A DNA stretch of 64,000 nt from an uncultured Prevotella sp. (GTDB taxonomy: Bacteria; Bacteroidota; Bacteroidia; Bacteroidales; Bacteroidaceae). Positions 38,965-48,591 of this stretch are shown here, in pieces. Both the position numbers and the translations under genes were made by a program. The notes below the pieces were generated by a model. That model did no database searches and was not told the origin of the DNA. It saw only the letters and a program-made list of their open reading frames with translations. Position 1 is the stretch's first letter. Each line of letters starts with the position of its first letter. Location of the stretch: contig URNN01000001.1 in the NCBI GenBank assembly GCA_900549175.1, positions 65-64,064 of the forward strand, read 5' to 3'.

Positions 38965-39327
38965 TTATGAAAACTCTGTTTCAAGTACGTTTAGTAATTC
39001 ATATATCTTCACTTCTGCATCCTCCATATCAGAAACAATATCTTTGATATGATAGGGAGCACCGCATTTGCCGTGTCCGTCATCGCCTATCCAAAGCGAA
39101 GCCTCATAATCCGGGTCAAAGTCTGTAAAATATTGTTTGATGTCGGCAATAAGCGTTTCAATCTCTTCATCGGACATTTCGGCATAGAAATTGAAGTCCT
39201 GCCCATGCTTGGTATTGCATTGAAATTCAAACAGGAAATTGGATTCGTTTTTATCCTCCACATTTACACTCCAGCCATTGCTGTGAGCTATGTCTGTCAC
39301 TTTCTGTATCTTTTCTTTGATGTTCAT
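38965..39327 (-). CDS. Hypothetical acidic leading-region protein
   Basis: ORF, likely start MNIKEK. Confidence 0.7.
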   Translation of the reverse strand: MNIKEKIQKVTDIAHSNGWSVNVEDKNESNFLFEFQCNTKHGQDFNFYAEMSDEEIETLIADIKQYFTDFDPDYEASLWIGDDGHGKCGAPYHIKDIVSDMEDAEVKIYELLNVLETEFS

Positions 39328-39377
39328 AGTCTTGGGGATGATGTGGGGAAACATTTTACGTCTCCCCACAGATTGAT

Positions 39378-39716
39378 TTAGTCTGTTATCTCAAAATAAT
39401 ATTCCTGCTCTTCGTCTGACCATTCGGTAGTTATTGCATCCGCTTCTCTCCAAAGGCGTTCATAAAGTGCCGCCCTTTGATTGTCACTCTCATGCCAATG
39501 CCATATCTTATGGTTGAGGACAAGGCATAATTCTGTCCAATACTTATAGTTGTCTCTCCACTCGGACTTTACTCTCTGATAGGTATTTTCAATGGCTCTG
39601 TCCCCGAATTTCTCGGCAATGGAGAAATCCTGCCAAAAGGTGGTTATAGGCTTATAGCCGCAGAACTCCGTGATGTTCCATTTTGGGGTGATGATTCGTA
39701 ATGCTTCCATGTTCAT
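39378..39716 (-). CDS. Hypothetical leading-region protein
   Basis: TTFWQDFSIAEKFG..TELCLVLNHKIW, typical of phage/plasmid small proteins. Confidence 0.7.
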   Translation of the reverse strand: MNMEALRIITPKWNITEFCGYKPITTFWQDFSIAEKFGDRAIENTYQRVKSEWRDNYKYWTELCLVLNHKIWHWHESDNQRAALYERLWREADAITTEWSDEEQEYYFEITD

Positions 39717-40033
39717 TATTGTTTTTGGTTCTCATGATATGTTTCGGACAGACGGTAAAGACCGTTTTCTGCCAAATGGTCTATGGCTTCCGCCGCCAAA
39801 CGGCAAGCCCATTCGTTGCGCTGGTCATATTTGCCCCTGTGCCAGTTCTCCGCCAGCTGCTCCATAAAGAAAAACATCAGTTTTGCTTTTTCGTTAACGA
39901 GATAGCGGTGGTCGTCAGCCAGTGCCCTGCCTGCATTTCGTGGCGAAGCCATCTTGCCGTTCACATACTCTGAGAAATCTTCCACAAAGTGCCTGTCATT
40001 CTCTGTTAATTGATGGTTGTATTCCATTTCCAT
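39716..40033 (-). CDS. Hypothetical leading-region protein
   Basis: Translationally coupled ORF. Confidence 0.7.
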   Translation of the reverse strand: MEMEYNHQLTENDRHFVEDFSEYVNGKMASPRNAGRALADDHRYLVNEKAKLMFFFMEQLAENWHRGKYDQRNEWACRLAAEAIDHLAENGLYRLSETYHENQKQ

Positions 40034-40069
40034 TGATTTTAATTGTTTATAATTGAGTTATCTTTCTTG

Positions 40070-40321
40070 CTATTGGTTGTTGTCAAACTCGTATTCTTCC
40101 CGATTGTCATATCCGCTGAACACAACCCGGAATGTCTCAAAGTCCTGCTTGCCTGCCAGTCTGACCGTATCGCCAGTTCCTATGTAATACGGGGCGGTAA
40201 TTGTTCTTATGGGCGCGCCACGCAACACGCTGTCTGCCAATGTATATACGGTGTCAGGCCTTTCGGACATAATATATCCCAATGCGTATTCATTGAAAAC
40301 CACCAATTTGATTTTGTCCAT
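40070..40321 (-). CDS. Hypothetical leading-region protein
   Basis: ORF directly behind a hairpin repeat. Confidence 0.7.
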   Translation of the reverse strand: MDKIKLVVFNEYALGYIMSERPDTVYTLADSVLRGAPIRTITAPYYIGTGDTVRLAGKQDFETFRVVFSGYDNREEYEFDNNQ

Positions 40322-40339
40322 GTCTCTATCGTTTTTGAA

Positions 40340-40562
40340 TTATTTTTCTTTTCCCTTTGCTTGAAGCCTTCCGACTTCACCACCGGGATATGTTTTATGT
40401 GCAGTCAAGACTGCGGTACAGGGGAGATAAGGCAAGTAAACAAACATGGAGTTAATGAAATACCACTAATGGTACATTCGTGGAAAGCTGTCGTTAAGTC
40501 CACTGAATTGTTAGCGCAAGCGGTACTTGACATTCTCACCCGGCAGTAACTTTGCACAATAA
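40340..40562 (-). repeat. Long-hairpin upstream repeat A (ssi/Frpo-like)
   Basis: Homologous to 42551-42845; arms GTGCA..CAAGTA / TACTTG..TGCAC. Confidence 0.7.
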
Positions 40563-40812
40563 AACAATGCCATGTGGCGTAATGGTCGGTATCAAGGGAG
40601 AATGCTTCTGACAGTATAACAGGAAAAGCCATAACGTCAAAATACAGGCCTCACTAAAACAGTCCTCTGACAATGTCAGTATATAGGGAAGATACATGAG
40701 TGTTAAAAGAGAGTTTGGCTACGGTTATCGGCGAGTTGTCGTAGCCACGCATAAAAGCCACCTGTTACAATGCCTGTTGTAACAAGTGACTATTGAAAGG
40801 AACAAAAACAGG

Positions 40813-42078
40813 TTATGCTGTCATACGCTTGCGGATTTGCCGTGCGTTTTTCTGTACAAGTCGGATGATGCGGTCGTGATACTCCGTGCTTTGGTTGCAG
40901 AGCCCTCTTGACTGCAGTACCTTGAACGTGTCAAGGCTCAACTCTACGGTCTCGATGCGCCTGTTGCCTATTCTTGCGGAAAATACCAGTGAGTGCGGTC
41001 TCAGATAGTATTCGCATTGCCCAACACAATGATGCAGGGCATTTCCTTCCTGATAATATTCGTCCACGTTCTCCAGCACGCTGATGACGATAAGTCCGTC
41101 CGTGAATGTCAGTCCGAAGAACTTGCCTTTCAACTCTCGGAAACGCTTTTCGTTTTTCCTTGCCTTTTTCCGTTGCTCCTCACGCTTCTCCCTCTCTCGG
41201 ATAGCCATTACACGCTCTTGATAGCGGTCGTGCTCGGTTGCCAAGTCGGAGGGGCAGACATAATGAGCATTGTGAATGTCCTTGCCGCACCTTTCAAGTG
41301 AGCGGATATAATCCACCCAAAGCGAGATGTCAGAAATATGGTAGTCGTTGCGCAGGGCTATCTTATATGTGTTCCAATACATATCAAAGTCTCTCTGATG
41401 TTGCAGAAAATATTTCAAATCCGTCTTTCTGCCTGCCTTGAACATCGTCTCTACCCTGCTGTCGGTCAACAGGGCTTCAATAAGCCGTGTCGGTTCAAAA
41501 CCTGCCAGTGAGCCTTTCATGCCGTTACGCTTCAGTTTTGGGGTGACTGAATAATAAGGATAAACATAACAGTCGGCAATATGTCTGTAAACATGGTTGT
41601 CTCTCCGCAGTTCCAAGCGTCCGTCCATGACAAAAGAGTCCATATAATATCCGAGAGTACGTCTTAATGCCGTTACCTCTGTCTTGCCGTTATCGTCAAT
41701 CCAATAGCGGGCTACTTCCATGGAATAGCTGTCGGATTTTCTGCCCTTGTGGAAATTTGCGGTCAAAAGAAACACACGCTGTACCTGCAATCCGTCTTGT
41801 GTGGTAAGAGTGGAATAATACTCTTTCTCCCTATATGTTCTTCGGTTTGTGTCCTTTATCTCCAATCTTGCACCACAATGAGGACAGCGGCACTCCTTCT
41901 TGCCGTTCTCATTCCACTTGTGTCCGCAGTCCATGCACGTTGTTCCTCTGCTTTTTGTACGGAACGCATAATGGCTGACGCAGTGACGGAATGCCCATGA
42001 CTCCTGTTTCTCTGTCGGTGGCAGTAACCGCTCATTGGCAGCTACCACCTTATGCTGTAATCTCGTTCTTGCTTTCAT
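40813..42078 (-). CDS. pcfJ: PcfJ-like protein
   Basis: CMDCG/CPHCG Zn ribbon; EGNALHHCV; coupled to pcfK. Confidence 0.85.
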   Translation of the reverse strand: MKARTRLQHKVVAANERLLPPTEKQESWAFRHCVSHYAFRTKSRGTTCMDCGHKWNENGKKECRCPHCGARLEIKDTNRRTYREKEYYSTLTTQDGLQVQRVFLLTANFHKGRKSDSYSMEVARYWIDDNGKTEVTALRRTLGYYMDSFVMDGRLELRRDNHVYRHIADCYVYPYYSVTPKLKRNGMKGSLAGFEPTRLIEALLTDSRVETMFKAGRKTDLKYFLQHQRDFDMYWNTYKIALRNDYHISDISLWVDYIRSLERCGKDIHNAHYVCPSDLATEHDRYQERVMAIREREKREEQRKKARKNEKRFRELKGKFFGLTFTDGLIVISVLENVDEYYQEGNALHHCVGQCEYYLRPHSLVFSARIGNRRIETVELSLDTFKVLQSRGLCNQSTEYHDRIIRLVQKNARQIRKRMTA

Positions 42079-42515
42079 TATTCAAAGTCAAATAGTGATG
42101 GTTGTGATATTTCTTGTTTTACCGCTTTCGGTGTCGGTTTCGGTCTGCTGTTACGCTGTTGGATTTTACGCAGTTCTTCCTCCTGATACGCTTTTATCGC
42201 CCTTTCCCTCGCTTCGGCTTTCTCCTGTTCGGAAAGTTCCACTCTGTGGTTGACAATCACTCCGCAGTTTTCCAACTTGCCAACCTCGATGTTGTCTTCA
42301 TCATAGTAGTGTGTCGCAAGGGAATAAACCTCGTCATCGGTCATACCGCAACCGCCCTCTTTGGCAATGGCTTTTGCTTGGGTGAGAATGAATGTGACGC
42401 AATCGTCCAATTTCTTGTTTTCTTTGGCATACGATACCGCAAAGAGTTCGTCAGTCTTGGCTCTCTCGTCCAGATAAGCCTTAATAGCCTGTTTGAAATG
42501 TTCTGTTCCTGTCAT
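42078..42515 (-). CDS. pcfK: PcfK-like protein (family includes Cas9 inhibitor AcrIIA9)
   Basis: FKQAIKAYLDERA..DELFA..GMTDDEVYSLATHYYDE; C-terminal QPSLFDF. Confidence 0.85.
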   Translation of the reverse strand: MTGTEHFKQAIKAYLDERAKTDELFAVSYAKENKKLDDCVTFILTQAKAIAKEGGCGMTDDEVYSLATHYYDEDNIEVGKLENCGVIVNHRVELSEQEKAEARERAIKAYQEEELRKIQQRNSRPKPTPKAVKQEISQPSLFDFE

Positions 42516-42550
42516 AATTGTTACTTTATTTGATGTTTGAATGTTAAGTT

Positions 42551-42845
42551 TTATTTTTCTTCCCTCTTTTTGAAGCCTTTTGGCTCCTCTTGTCGGGAAC
42601 TGATTTTTCGTGCATCAAAAGACTGCACAACAAGGGTGATAAGGCAAGGAAACAGGCATGGGATTTAATGAAATACCACTAATGGCACATTGGCTTCGCC
42701 CATATCCGTCACGACTCGGCAAAGCCCGAACAAGTTCGGCTATGCCCTCGCTGCTCCGTCCATTCGTGGAAAGCTGTTGTTAAATCCGGCACCTGTTAGC
42801 AGGGCGGTACTTGACATTATCGCCCAAGCAGTAACTTTGCAAAGA
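42551..42845 (-). repeat. Long-hairpin upstream repeat B, interrupted by a mini-element
   Basis: Homologous to repeat A. Confidence 0.7.
42692..42764 (-). mobile_element. Miniature structured insertion, copy 4
   Basis: CATT duplication; empty site visible in repeat A at 40475-40478. Confidence 0.85.
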
Positions 42846-42959
42846 AAAATGGATGCCGACAAGCGGACTATAAAGATGTCTTTTATAATTGAAAATATCG
42901 GTATTAAAACAGGTTAATTTCATACTTGTTCAATACAAGACTACTACAAGCAGAAATAA

Positions 42960-42990
42960 GAAGGACCTATCCGTCACGGACAAGTCCTTC
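42960..42990. terminator. Terminator-like hairpin downstream of the OmpA gene
   Basis: GAAGGAC..TCCGT/ACGGA..GTCCTTC. Confidence 0.6.
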
Positions 42991-43055
42991 TGTTTTGTTT
43001 TATCGATGAAAAAAAGTATTAATGCTCTTGCTTGTTGCTTTTCTGTTTTCTCTGA

Positions 43056-44477
43056 TTATTGCTTGAAATACAACATTATTCTGGTATGGCGGTTCGCCTC
43101 ATTCGGAGAGTAATCGTCAATACCTCCGTCATAACCTTTGATGACAGTGCCGTCCCCCATGCCACGTTTTATCAGTTCCGATGCTATATAATCGGCACGG
43201 GAACGGCTGAGATTGTCATTTATAGCCTCATTGCCTGTAGCACTGTCAGCAGCACCGACGACTTTCGCTGTTAAGCCATATTTCTTGGCGATGCGTGCCA
43301 CTTCATCAAGGTTGACAAGCTGGGATTTGTTCAGCAGCCGGTCAGACCCCAGTTCAAAGAAGAAATAGACAGGCGCACCGATGCAAGCCTTTCCTGCCTG
43401 AATAAGCGACAGATAATTCCCGTCTGATTCCTCGATACCGCTGCCACATTCTTCTGTATAAGAGGCGGATTCCATGACTTTGGGATTTTGCTTGTCACTG
43501 TTTCTGCCTCTCATCCTCTCACGGAGGGAGTTAAGGCCGCTGTAATCGTTGCGCGGATATCCGTTGGCGGCTATGGAAGCGGCATCGTCCGAGAACAGGT
43601 AGTTGTATTTGTCCAAAAGTCCCTCGATGGCAAGTATCTTGCGCAGCTGCTCCAATGTCTGACGGTCCCGCTCGTGCTGTGCATGATAGAGATAGTTCTT
43701 GTCGGACAATGATGTGGCATAAGCCGACAACCATTCGTTCTGAGCAATGTAGGGACGTGCGTCAACGGCACGCTTCCATCCCGACTTGCCGATGTGGACA
43801 GACAGACCGAGGGATGCTGACAACAGATGGTCTCCGAGGCGGTGCGCATTGCCATAACCGTCAAAGTCCTGCATGGTAGTCATGTTGCCAATCTCTGCCG
43901 TGACAGCGATGCGCCGGGATAGATGATACTGCCCCTGTATGCCGTAGGAAATGGCAAAGGGCTTATGCCCGTTGTCCTTGTTGTGCAGCATACCGATACC
44001 GATGTAAGGAATGACGCTCCATCGGGCAAAGGAGTGGACATCGTCCTCATAGAGATTGCCCAGGACATTCCACATAAAGTCTGCACGGAGGTACTGATAG
44101 TCCTGCGACTGGTTGTCGCAGTCGTTGAACTGGATACCTCCATAGTTAATACGTCCCCCGACAGAGGGTGTGAACCATTTGCCGAGTGACACGGAGAATG
44201 TCAGTTTCATGCGGCCGAAAAGGTCATTGCATCCGAGTGGAGTGCCGAGGAATACAGTCGTGCCCCCTGCCGCTTGTATGAACCAGTTGTCTGTCCAAGG
44301 TGAAGCGACCAATGTCCCTTTCATATAAGTGGGTTTAAGCGGACGCAGCATCTCGTCTGCCGCAAGCCTGCGTACAATAGTGGTGGTGTCCGCCATGTGG
44401 TGACAGTCTTTAGCCTGCGTGCCTAATGACAGGGCGAAGCCAAGGGATAGGAAAAATATTTTTCTCATGTTGTTCAT
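43056..44477 (-). CDS. OmpA family outer-membrane protein
   Basis: Signal peptide MRKIFFLSLGFALSLGTQA; beta-barrel region; GAADSATG..NDNLSRSRA..NR. Confidence 0.9.
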   Translation of the reverse strand: MNNMRKIFFLSLGFALSLGTQAKDCHHMADTTTIVRRLAADEMLRPLKPTYMKGTLVASPWTDNWFIQAAGGTTVFLGTPLGCNDLFGRMKLTFSVSLGKWFTPSVGGRINYGGIQFNDCDNQSQDYQYLRADFMWNVLGNLYEDDVHSFARWSVIPYIGIGMLHNKDNGHKPFAISYGIQGQYHLSRRIAVTAEIGNMTTMQDFDGYGNAHRLGDHLLSASLGLSVHIGKSGWKRAVDARPYIAQNEWLSAYATSLSDKNYLYHAQHERDRQTLEQLRKILAIEGLLDKYNYLFSDDAASIAANGYPRNDYSGLNSLRERMRGRNSDKQNPKVMESASYTEECGSGIEESDGNYLSLIQAGKACIGAPVYFFFELGSDRLLNKSQLVNLDEVARIAKKYGLTAKVVGAADSATGNEAINDNLSRSRADYIASELIKRGMGDGTVIKGYDGGIDDYSPNEANRHTRIMLYFKQ

Positions 44478-44521
44478 TTTAATCTGGTGAATACTATAAC
44501 AGGTGATATGGGAAGTGCCGC

Positions 44522-45973
44522 TTACCGTTTCTTCTTTTTGCCGGAAGAGGGGCACATCATGCGTGCTGCTTTCATCATACAGCGGCGAGCCCACGCACGT
44601 TCATCCTCGTCATCGTCATGTCCCCATTTGAGGTCGGACGAGCTGCCTCCGCCGCCATGCCCTTCGGCAAAGGTGGTGGCATCATCGACATAGCCGAGGA
44701 AAAGAAGCGTGGCACAGTACATCACCTCCGTGCCATTCTCCGCAAAGGCCTGCAGCAGTGAACCGTCAAACAAGTTCTTCCCCTCGTCGGAGAGTTGTGC
44801 CGCACGTTCAGAGAACTCGCTGACCATGTTTTCCAAGAGGACATTCCTTAGCAGGCTGTCCGCACCCTTCTGGATAGTGCCGGAGTATTTGTATGCCTCC
44901 TGCCGCAATCCTTCCGTGCGTTCCTGTATGGCGGTCATCTCCTCACGCAGAGCGTCGAGCTTGCGGTCAGCCTCGGAGAGTTTCTCCTGCTTGTCGTCCA
45001 GTTTCGTTTGGATAGAGGAAAGTTCCTTCTCCAGTTGGTGGACTTGCCGACGGAGTGCGTCGGGATTGGCATGTCCGGCAAGGATTTGCCTGTGCAGTTC
45101 GGCAAGTGCCGCCTCCTTCTCCGCTTTCTCCTGCAAGAGGTTGCCCACCATAGAGGTGAGACCTTTTACTCTCCGCTCTGCCAGACGGATGTCCGACTGG
45201 AGCGATACGAGTGTCCGCTGATGTGCGGTGATAGTCTGCTCAATGGTAGTACACTGCTCTGACAGCTGGCGGCGGTATTCTTCGGTGGTGCGGTGGCGTG
45301 CGCCAGTCTCTGATACGGAAGTGCCACGCTCCATGCCCCAACGCCTGTTGACCTCCGCGAACTCGCTGTGCAGGTTTTTCATCCTGGCAGAAAACTCGTA
45401 TTTGTCCTTGCCGGCAAATATCTGCTTGTACGCAAACTTGCCATCCTTGATTGGCAAGAGGGTGCAGTGAACGTGCGGATTGGTTTCGTCCAAGTGTACA
45501 ATGAAAGCGACGACATTCTCCTCTCCGTATTTGTCCGCAACAAAGCGGTAAACATCCTTTGCCCAATCCTCAATATCCTTACAACGGTGAAGATGTGAAT
45601 TGTCCGCTCCATGAGTCAGATCCACCTTCTGATTGCCGAATGCAAGTTCTGTCATTCGTTCACGGGAGCCGCCGAAGATGAAATTGGCCACAGTGCGGAA
45701 GCGTGGCTCTTCCAGTCCTTCGTTTGGGTCTTTGATACCACGGTCCCGCAGAATCTCCGCCATGCGTTCCGGGATGCTGCGGCTCTTGTCAACGGGACAG
45801 ACCTTGCCGTTACGAATCTCGAAGTTGAGCCGTTCACGGCTGCGGTCGTAGTTGCCCTGCGCCACTGCCGATTGCCAGCCCTTTTCCGTCCAGCGGCGCT
45901 GGTGCTCGTTGCTCTGTGCGGTGGTGATTCCCTTTGACGGGCGGAAATCCATTACCTGTTTTGCTGATGCCAT
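44522..45973 (-). CDS. mobV: MobV (Mob/Pre) relaxase
   Basis: NEHQR, VHLDETNPHVH, coiled-coil C-terminus. Confidence 0.9.
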   Translation of the reverse strand: MASAKQVMDFRPSKGITTAQSNEHQRRWTEKGWQSAVAQGNYDRSRERLNFEIRNGKVCPVDKSRSIPERMAEILRDRGIKDPNEGLEEPRFRTVANFIFGGSRERMTELAFGNQKVDLTHGADNSHLHRCKDIEDWAKDVYRFVADKYGEENVVAFIVHLDETNPHVHCTLLPIKDGKFAYKQIFAGKDKYEFSARMKNLHSEFAEVNRRWGMERGTSVSETGARHRTTEEYRRQLSEQCTTIEQTITAHQRTLVSLQSDIRLAERRVKGLTSMVGNLLQEKAEKEAALAELHRQILAGHANPDALRRQVHQLEKELSSIQTKLDDKQEKLSEADRKLDALREEMTAIQERTEGLRQEAYKYSGTIQKGADSLLRNVLLENMVSEFSERAAQLSDEGKNLFDGSLLQAFAENGTEVMYCATLLFLGYVDDATTFAEGHGGGGSSSDLKWGHDDDEDERAWARRCMMKAARMMCPSSGKKKKR

Positions 45974-46037
45974 ATCCTTTAATCTTTTTATGTACACAAT
46001 TCTTCTATCCCCAGCTTGCTGCTTGTTCGGACAGCCT

Positions 46038-46101
46038 CCCGATGGTCGGAGACCACAAGGGGTATTAGGCTACCTGACTCCCCTCATTTCCGACCACCGG
46101 G
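46038..46101. other. Candidate oriT: nested inverted repeats upstream of mobV
   Basis: CCCGATGGTCGGA/TCCGACCACCGGG enclosing AGGGG..AGG/CCT..CCCCT. Confidence 0.45.
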
Positions 46102-46181
46102 CAAGCCCGATTGTTTTACAGCAATGGCAGTCGTGTCAGACACGGTGCCGGTGGAAAAGAAAAAGTATTGTACGGTGGATA

Positions 46182-47066
46182 TTAGAGGTTGGAACTCTCT
46201 TTAGACAGTACGGGAACCTCTCTGTTGGCTATAACAGCAAGGAACGGCCTGCAAAGCGACTGGAACTGCGACTTGACGGCTGCGCTTTCCTGCAGCAAGG
46301 CAGGTGAACTGCCATCTAAAGCCAACTCGGAGATTGCCTTTGCCGCCTCTATGAACGAGAGCCAGTCGCCTCCCAGGTCTTTATAAAAGAAGGGAAGAAG
46401 AGAGGTAGCTTTGGATTGTTCCGCACCTTGTCCGAGAACCTGATGGAAGGTCGTTTCGATGACAGCGGACAGTGCGGTCATGCAAAAGGCACGCTCAACA
46501 GATTCGGGAATACTGCCTCCACATGGCATTTTGCCGGGTGCATTGCCATTATCTCTATTAGCCAAGATTGCGGCAATGTCTTCCGTGGCTTGCTCATAGA
46601 GATTCTCACATCCCGAGGCACAGGCGGAAGCGGACAAATTGCCGTTTCGCCATCCGTCCAATGCGGTACGCATCTTATGACGGAACTCAGCCATGGCGGT
46701 GTCAATCGGAGAAGCGACAGGAGTTTCAGCCAATGAAGGTATGGTGATTATTTGGCTCTTCGTAAGACGGGTGACAGCTATCTGCCCCATCTTCTCCAGC
46801 TGTTCGATAAATGTGCGGACAGTGGCACGGTGCCAATGCCAGCACTCGGCAAGCTCGGTAATGGTGATGACGAACTGTCCGTCCGACAAGGTGAACTCCT
46901 GTCTGCACAAGTCCTTGGGGATATACTGTACGGAAGCCTTGTCCACAAGGTCGAGATAGGCTTCAAGTTTTGACTGCCGTACCCCGGACCGCTCTTTTAG
47001 GAACTCCAGCAGTGCCATCTGTTCGGACATCCTGCCGGAACACGTTCTATTTTTCTGTTTCTTCAT
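46182..47066 (-). CDS. wHTH-containing hypothetical protein
   Basis: TITELAECWHWHRATVRTFIEQLEKMGQI. Confidence 0.7.
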   Translation of the reverse strand: MKKQKNRTCSGRMSEQMALLEFLKERSGVRQSKLEAYLDLVDKASVQYIPKDLCRQEFTLSDGQFVITITELAECWHWHRATVRTFIEQLEKMGQIAVTRLTKSQIITIPSLAETPVASPIDTAMAEFRHKMRTALDGWRNGNLSASACASGCENLYEQATEDIAAILANRDNGNAPGKMPCGGSIPESVERAFCMTALSAVIETTFHQVLGQGAEQSKATSLLPFFYKDLGGDWLSFIEAAKAISELALDGSSPALLQESAAVKSQFQSLCRPFLAVIANREVPVLSKESSNL

Positions 47067-47146
47067 TTTGGGTAATCTGTTTGGTGAATACTATTTCTAT
47101 TGCCGAGGTTCATTGTACAACAGCACCGGCACGATACAGGTGATAC

Positions 47147-47641
47147 TTAATAGTAATATTCGACGAGTATGTCCTTGTCCTCTACGAGCACCTTGCGGTC
47201 ATTCCTGTTGTCCCACAGTGACAGGATGGAACGTGAGGGATAGAACAATGCCGACAATAGGACAAAGGACACGGTGACCGCCAGCGTGAACAGATAGGGA
47301 GTGAAAGCAAACACCACAGCCGACAGTGCGACGGTAAAGAAGCATCTGCGGTCATCATGCAGGCGGTGAAGCCACTTGTCCACATCCATGAACACATAGA
47401 ATATGGTAAAGGCTATGGTGGAGCCTACGACACCGGCATCATTATAGTGTACACACAGATGGAGGAAGTGGAATACATACAAAAGGATAAGGAGTACCTG
47501 ACGGTATAGCTTCCTTGCTGCCACAAGCGCGGTCATACGCAGATAGAACTTTGTCATGAAGTTCTTGTGATTTCTGTACAGAAACAACGGCACGAGAAAG
47601 AATGCCGACATCATGATGATAAACAGTATTTTACTTGTCAT
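47147..47641 (-). CDS. Multi-pass membrane protein
   Basis: Several hydrophobic helices; start MTSK overlaps the previous stop. Confidence 0.7.
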   Translation of the reverse strand: MTSKILFIIMMSAFFLVPLFLYRNHKNFMTKFYLRMTALVAARKLYRQVLLILLYVFHFLHLCVHYNDAGVVGSTIAFTIFYVFMDVDKWLHRLHDDRRCFFTVALSAVVFAFTPYLFTLAVTVSFVLLSALFYPSRSILSLWDNRNDRKVLVEDKDILVEYYY

Positions 47642-48053
47642 AATATGTATAGCATGTATATAATGGTAATGGGCTGAGGTCGGGAGTGACGACACCGTGT
47701 GTGGCGGTTGATATGATGCGCTCCACATCCTCCAATGCCAGTTCTCCCTTGGTCACTCTCTGACGGAATGCTTCATCCGCCCGCCGAAGGCTCTTTATTG
47801 CCTGCTCCATGTCGTACTCGGCTATCTGCCACACCTGCCCTCTCATATAAGGAAAGTGATGGTGCACGGCCTTGACCACAAGCACACGGCACAGGATGTC
47901 GGTCATTCTGCCGTTCTTGATGACCGTGTGCTTCTGGACAGTGTTTATGCTGACAATCTCCAGCCAGGTACGGTGACGGTCGAGAAGATGGATAATCTTC
48001 ATGTACAGTGATTCCTTCATTGTTTTGTCAGGAGATTGTGGTGACACGGACAT
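47631..48053 (-). CDS. Hypothetical protein
   Basis: ORF in operon. Confidence 0.65.
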   Translation of the reverse strand: MSVSPQSPDKTMKESLYMKIIHLLDRHRTWLEIVSINTVQKHTVIKNGRMTDILCRVLVVKAVHHHFPYMRGQVWQIAEYDMEQAIKSLRRADEAFRQRVTKGELALEDVERIISTATHGVVTPDLSPLPLYTCYTYYDK

Positions 48054-48121
48054 CGTAAATGTGATTGGTACGACACATCATTACAACATATAACAGGACT
48101 GTCATAAAACGGATAAGACAA

Positions 48122-48568
48122 TCAGATGAAGTCAAGCAGGACCTCCTCCTTTGGCTTCATGTACTTAAAAAATCCGTTTTTGCAGTGCAGGTCAAGATCA
48201 AGACAGACATCGGCCGACATGTATTCCAGCGACTCATAAACAGTCACTTTTATCTGGCAGACTGAGCCCCGCTCATTGGTGGCGGCATTGACCTTGAACA
48301 TCCGTCCGAAGGCAGGATTGGAATAGGCACAGCAACTGTGTCCGAAGTCGGTCTGACGGCTTGGGATGTGGTGATAGAGGATTATCATCTCCATCTCGTC
48401 TTCGAGGATGTCCATCACATCCTCTATCGGGCAGGGATTGTTCAATGTGAATGTCAGGAGCACATAGTCGTCATACCTTACAGGTTTCTCCATCCTGCGT
48501 TTGTCCAGCAGTTCCGGCAACTGCAACGGCACGACGGCAAGGAAGTCATCGCAAAACTGTTCTAACAT
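48122..48568 (-). CDS. Hypothetical protein
   Basis: ORF in operon. Confidence 0.7.
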   Translation of the reverse strand: MLEQFCDDFLAVVPLQLPELLDKRRMEKPVRYDDYVLLTFTLNNPCPIEDVMDILEDEMEMIILYHHIPSRQTDFGHSCCAYSNPAFGRMFKVNAATNERGSVCQIKVTVYESLEYMSADVCLDLDLHCKNGFFKYMKPKEEVLLDFI

Positions 48569-48591
48569 AGTCGTATTCTTTGTTGGGGTGT

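Noticed and set aside
22615..42764. Recurrent CTATGCCGAGTCG motif as a CRISPR repeat
   Set aside because: Dispersed over kilobases, no regular spacers, no cas genes
44478..44594. N-terminal extension of the OmpA ORF
   Set aside because: Overlaps mobV and precedes the signal peptide; similar over-extensions trimmed at 19519, 47728, 56763 and 58588
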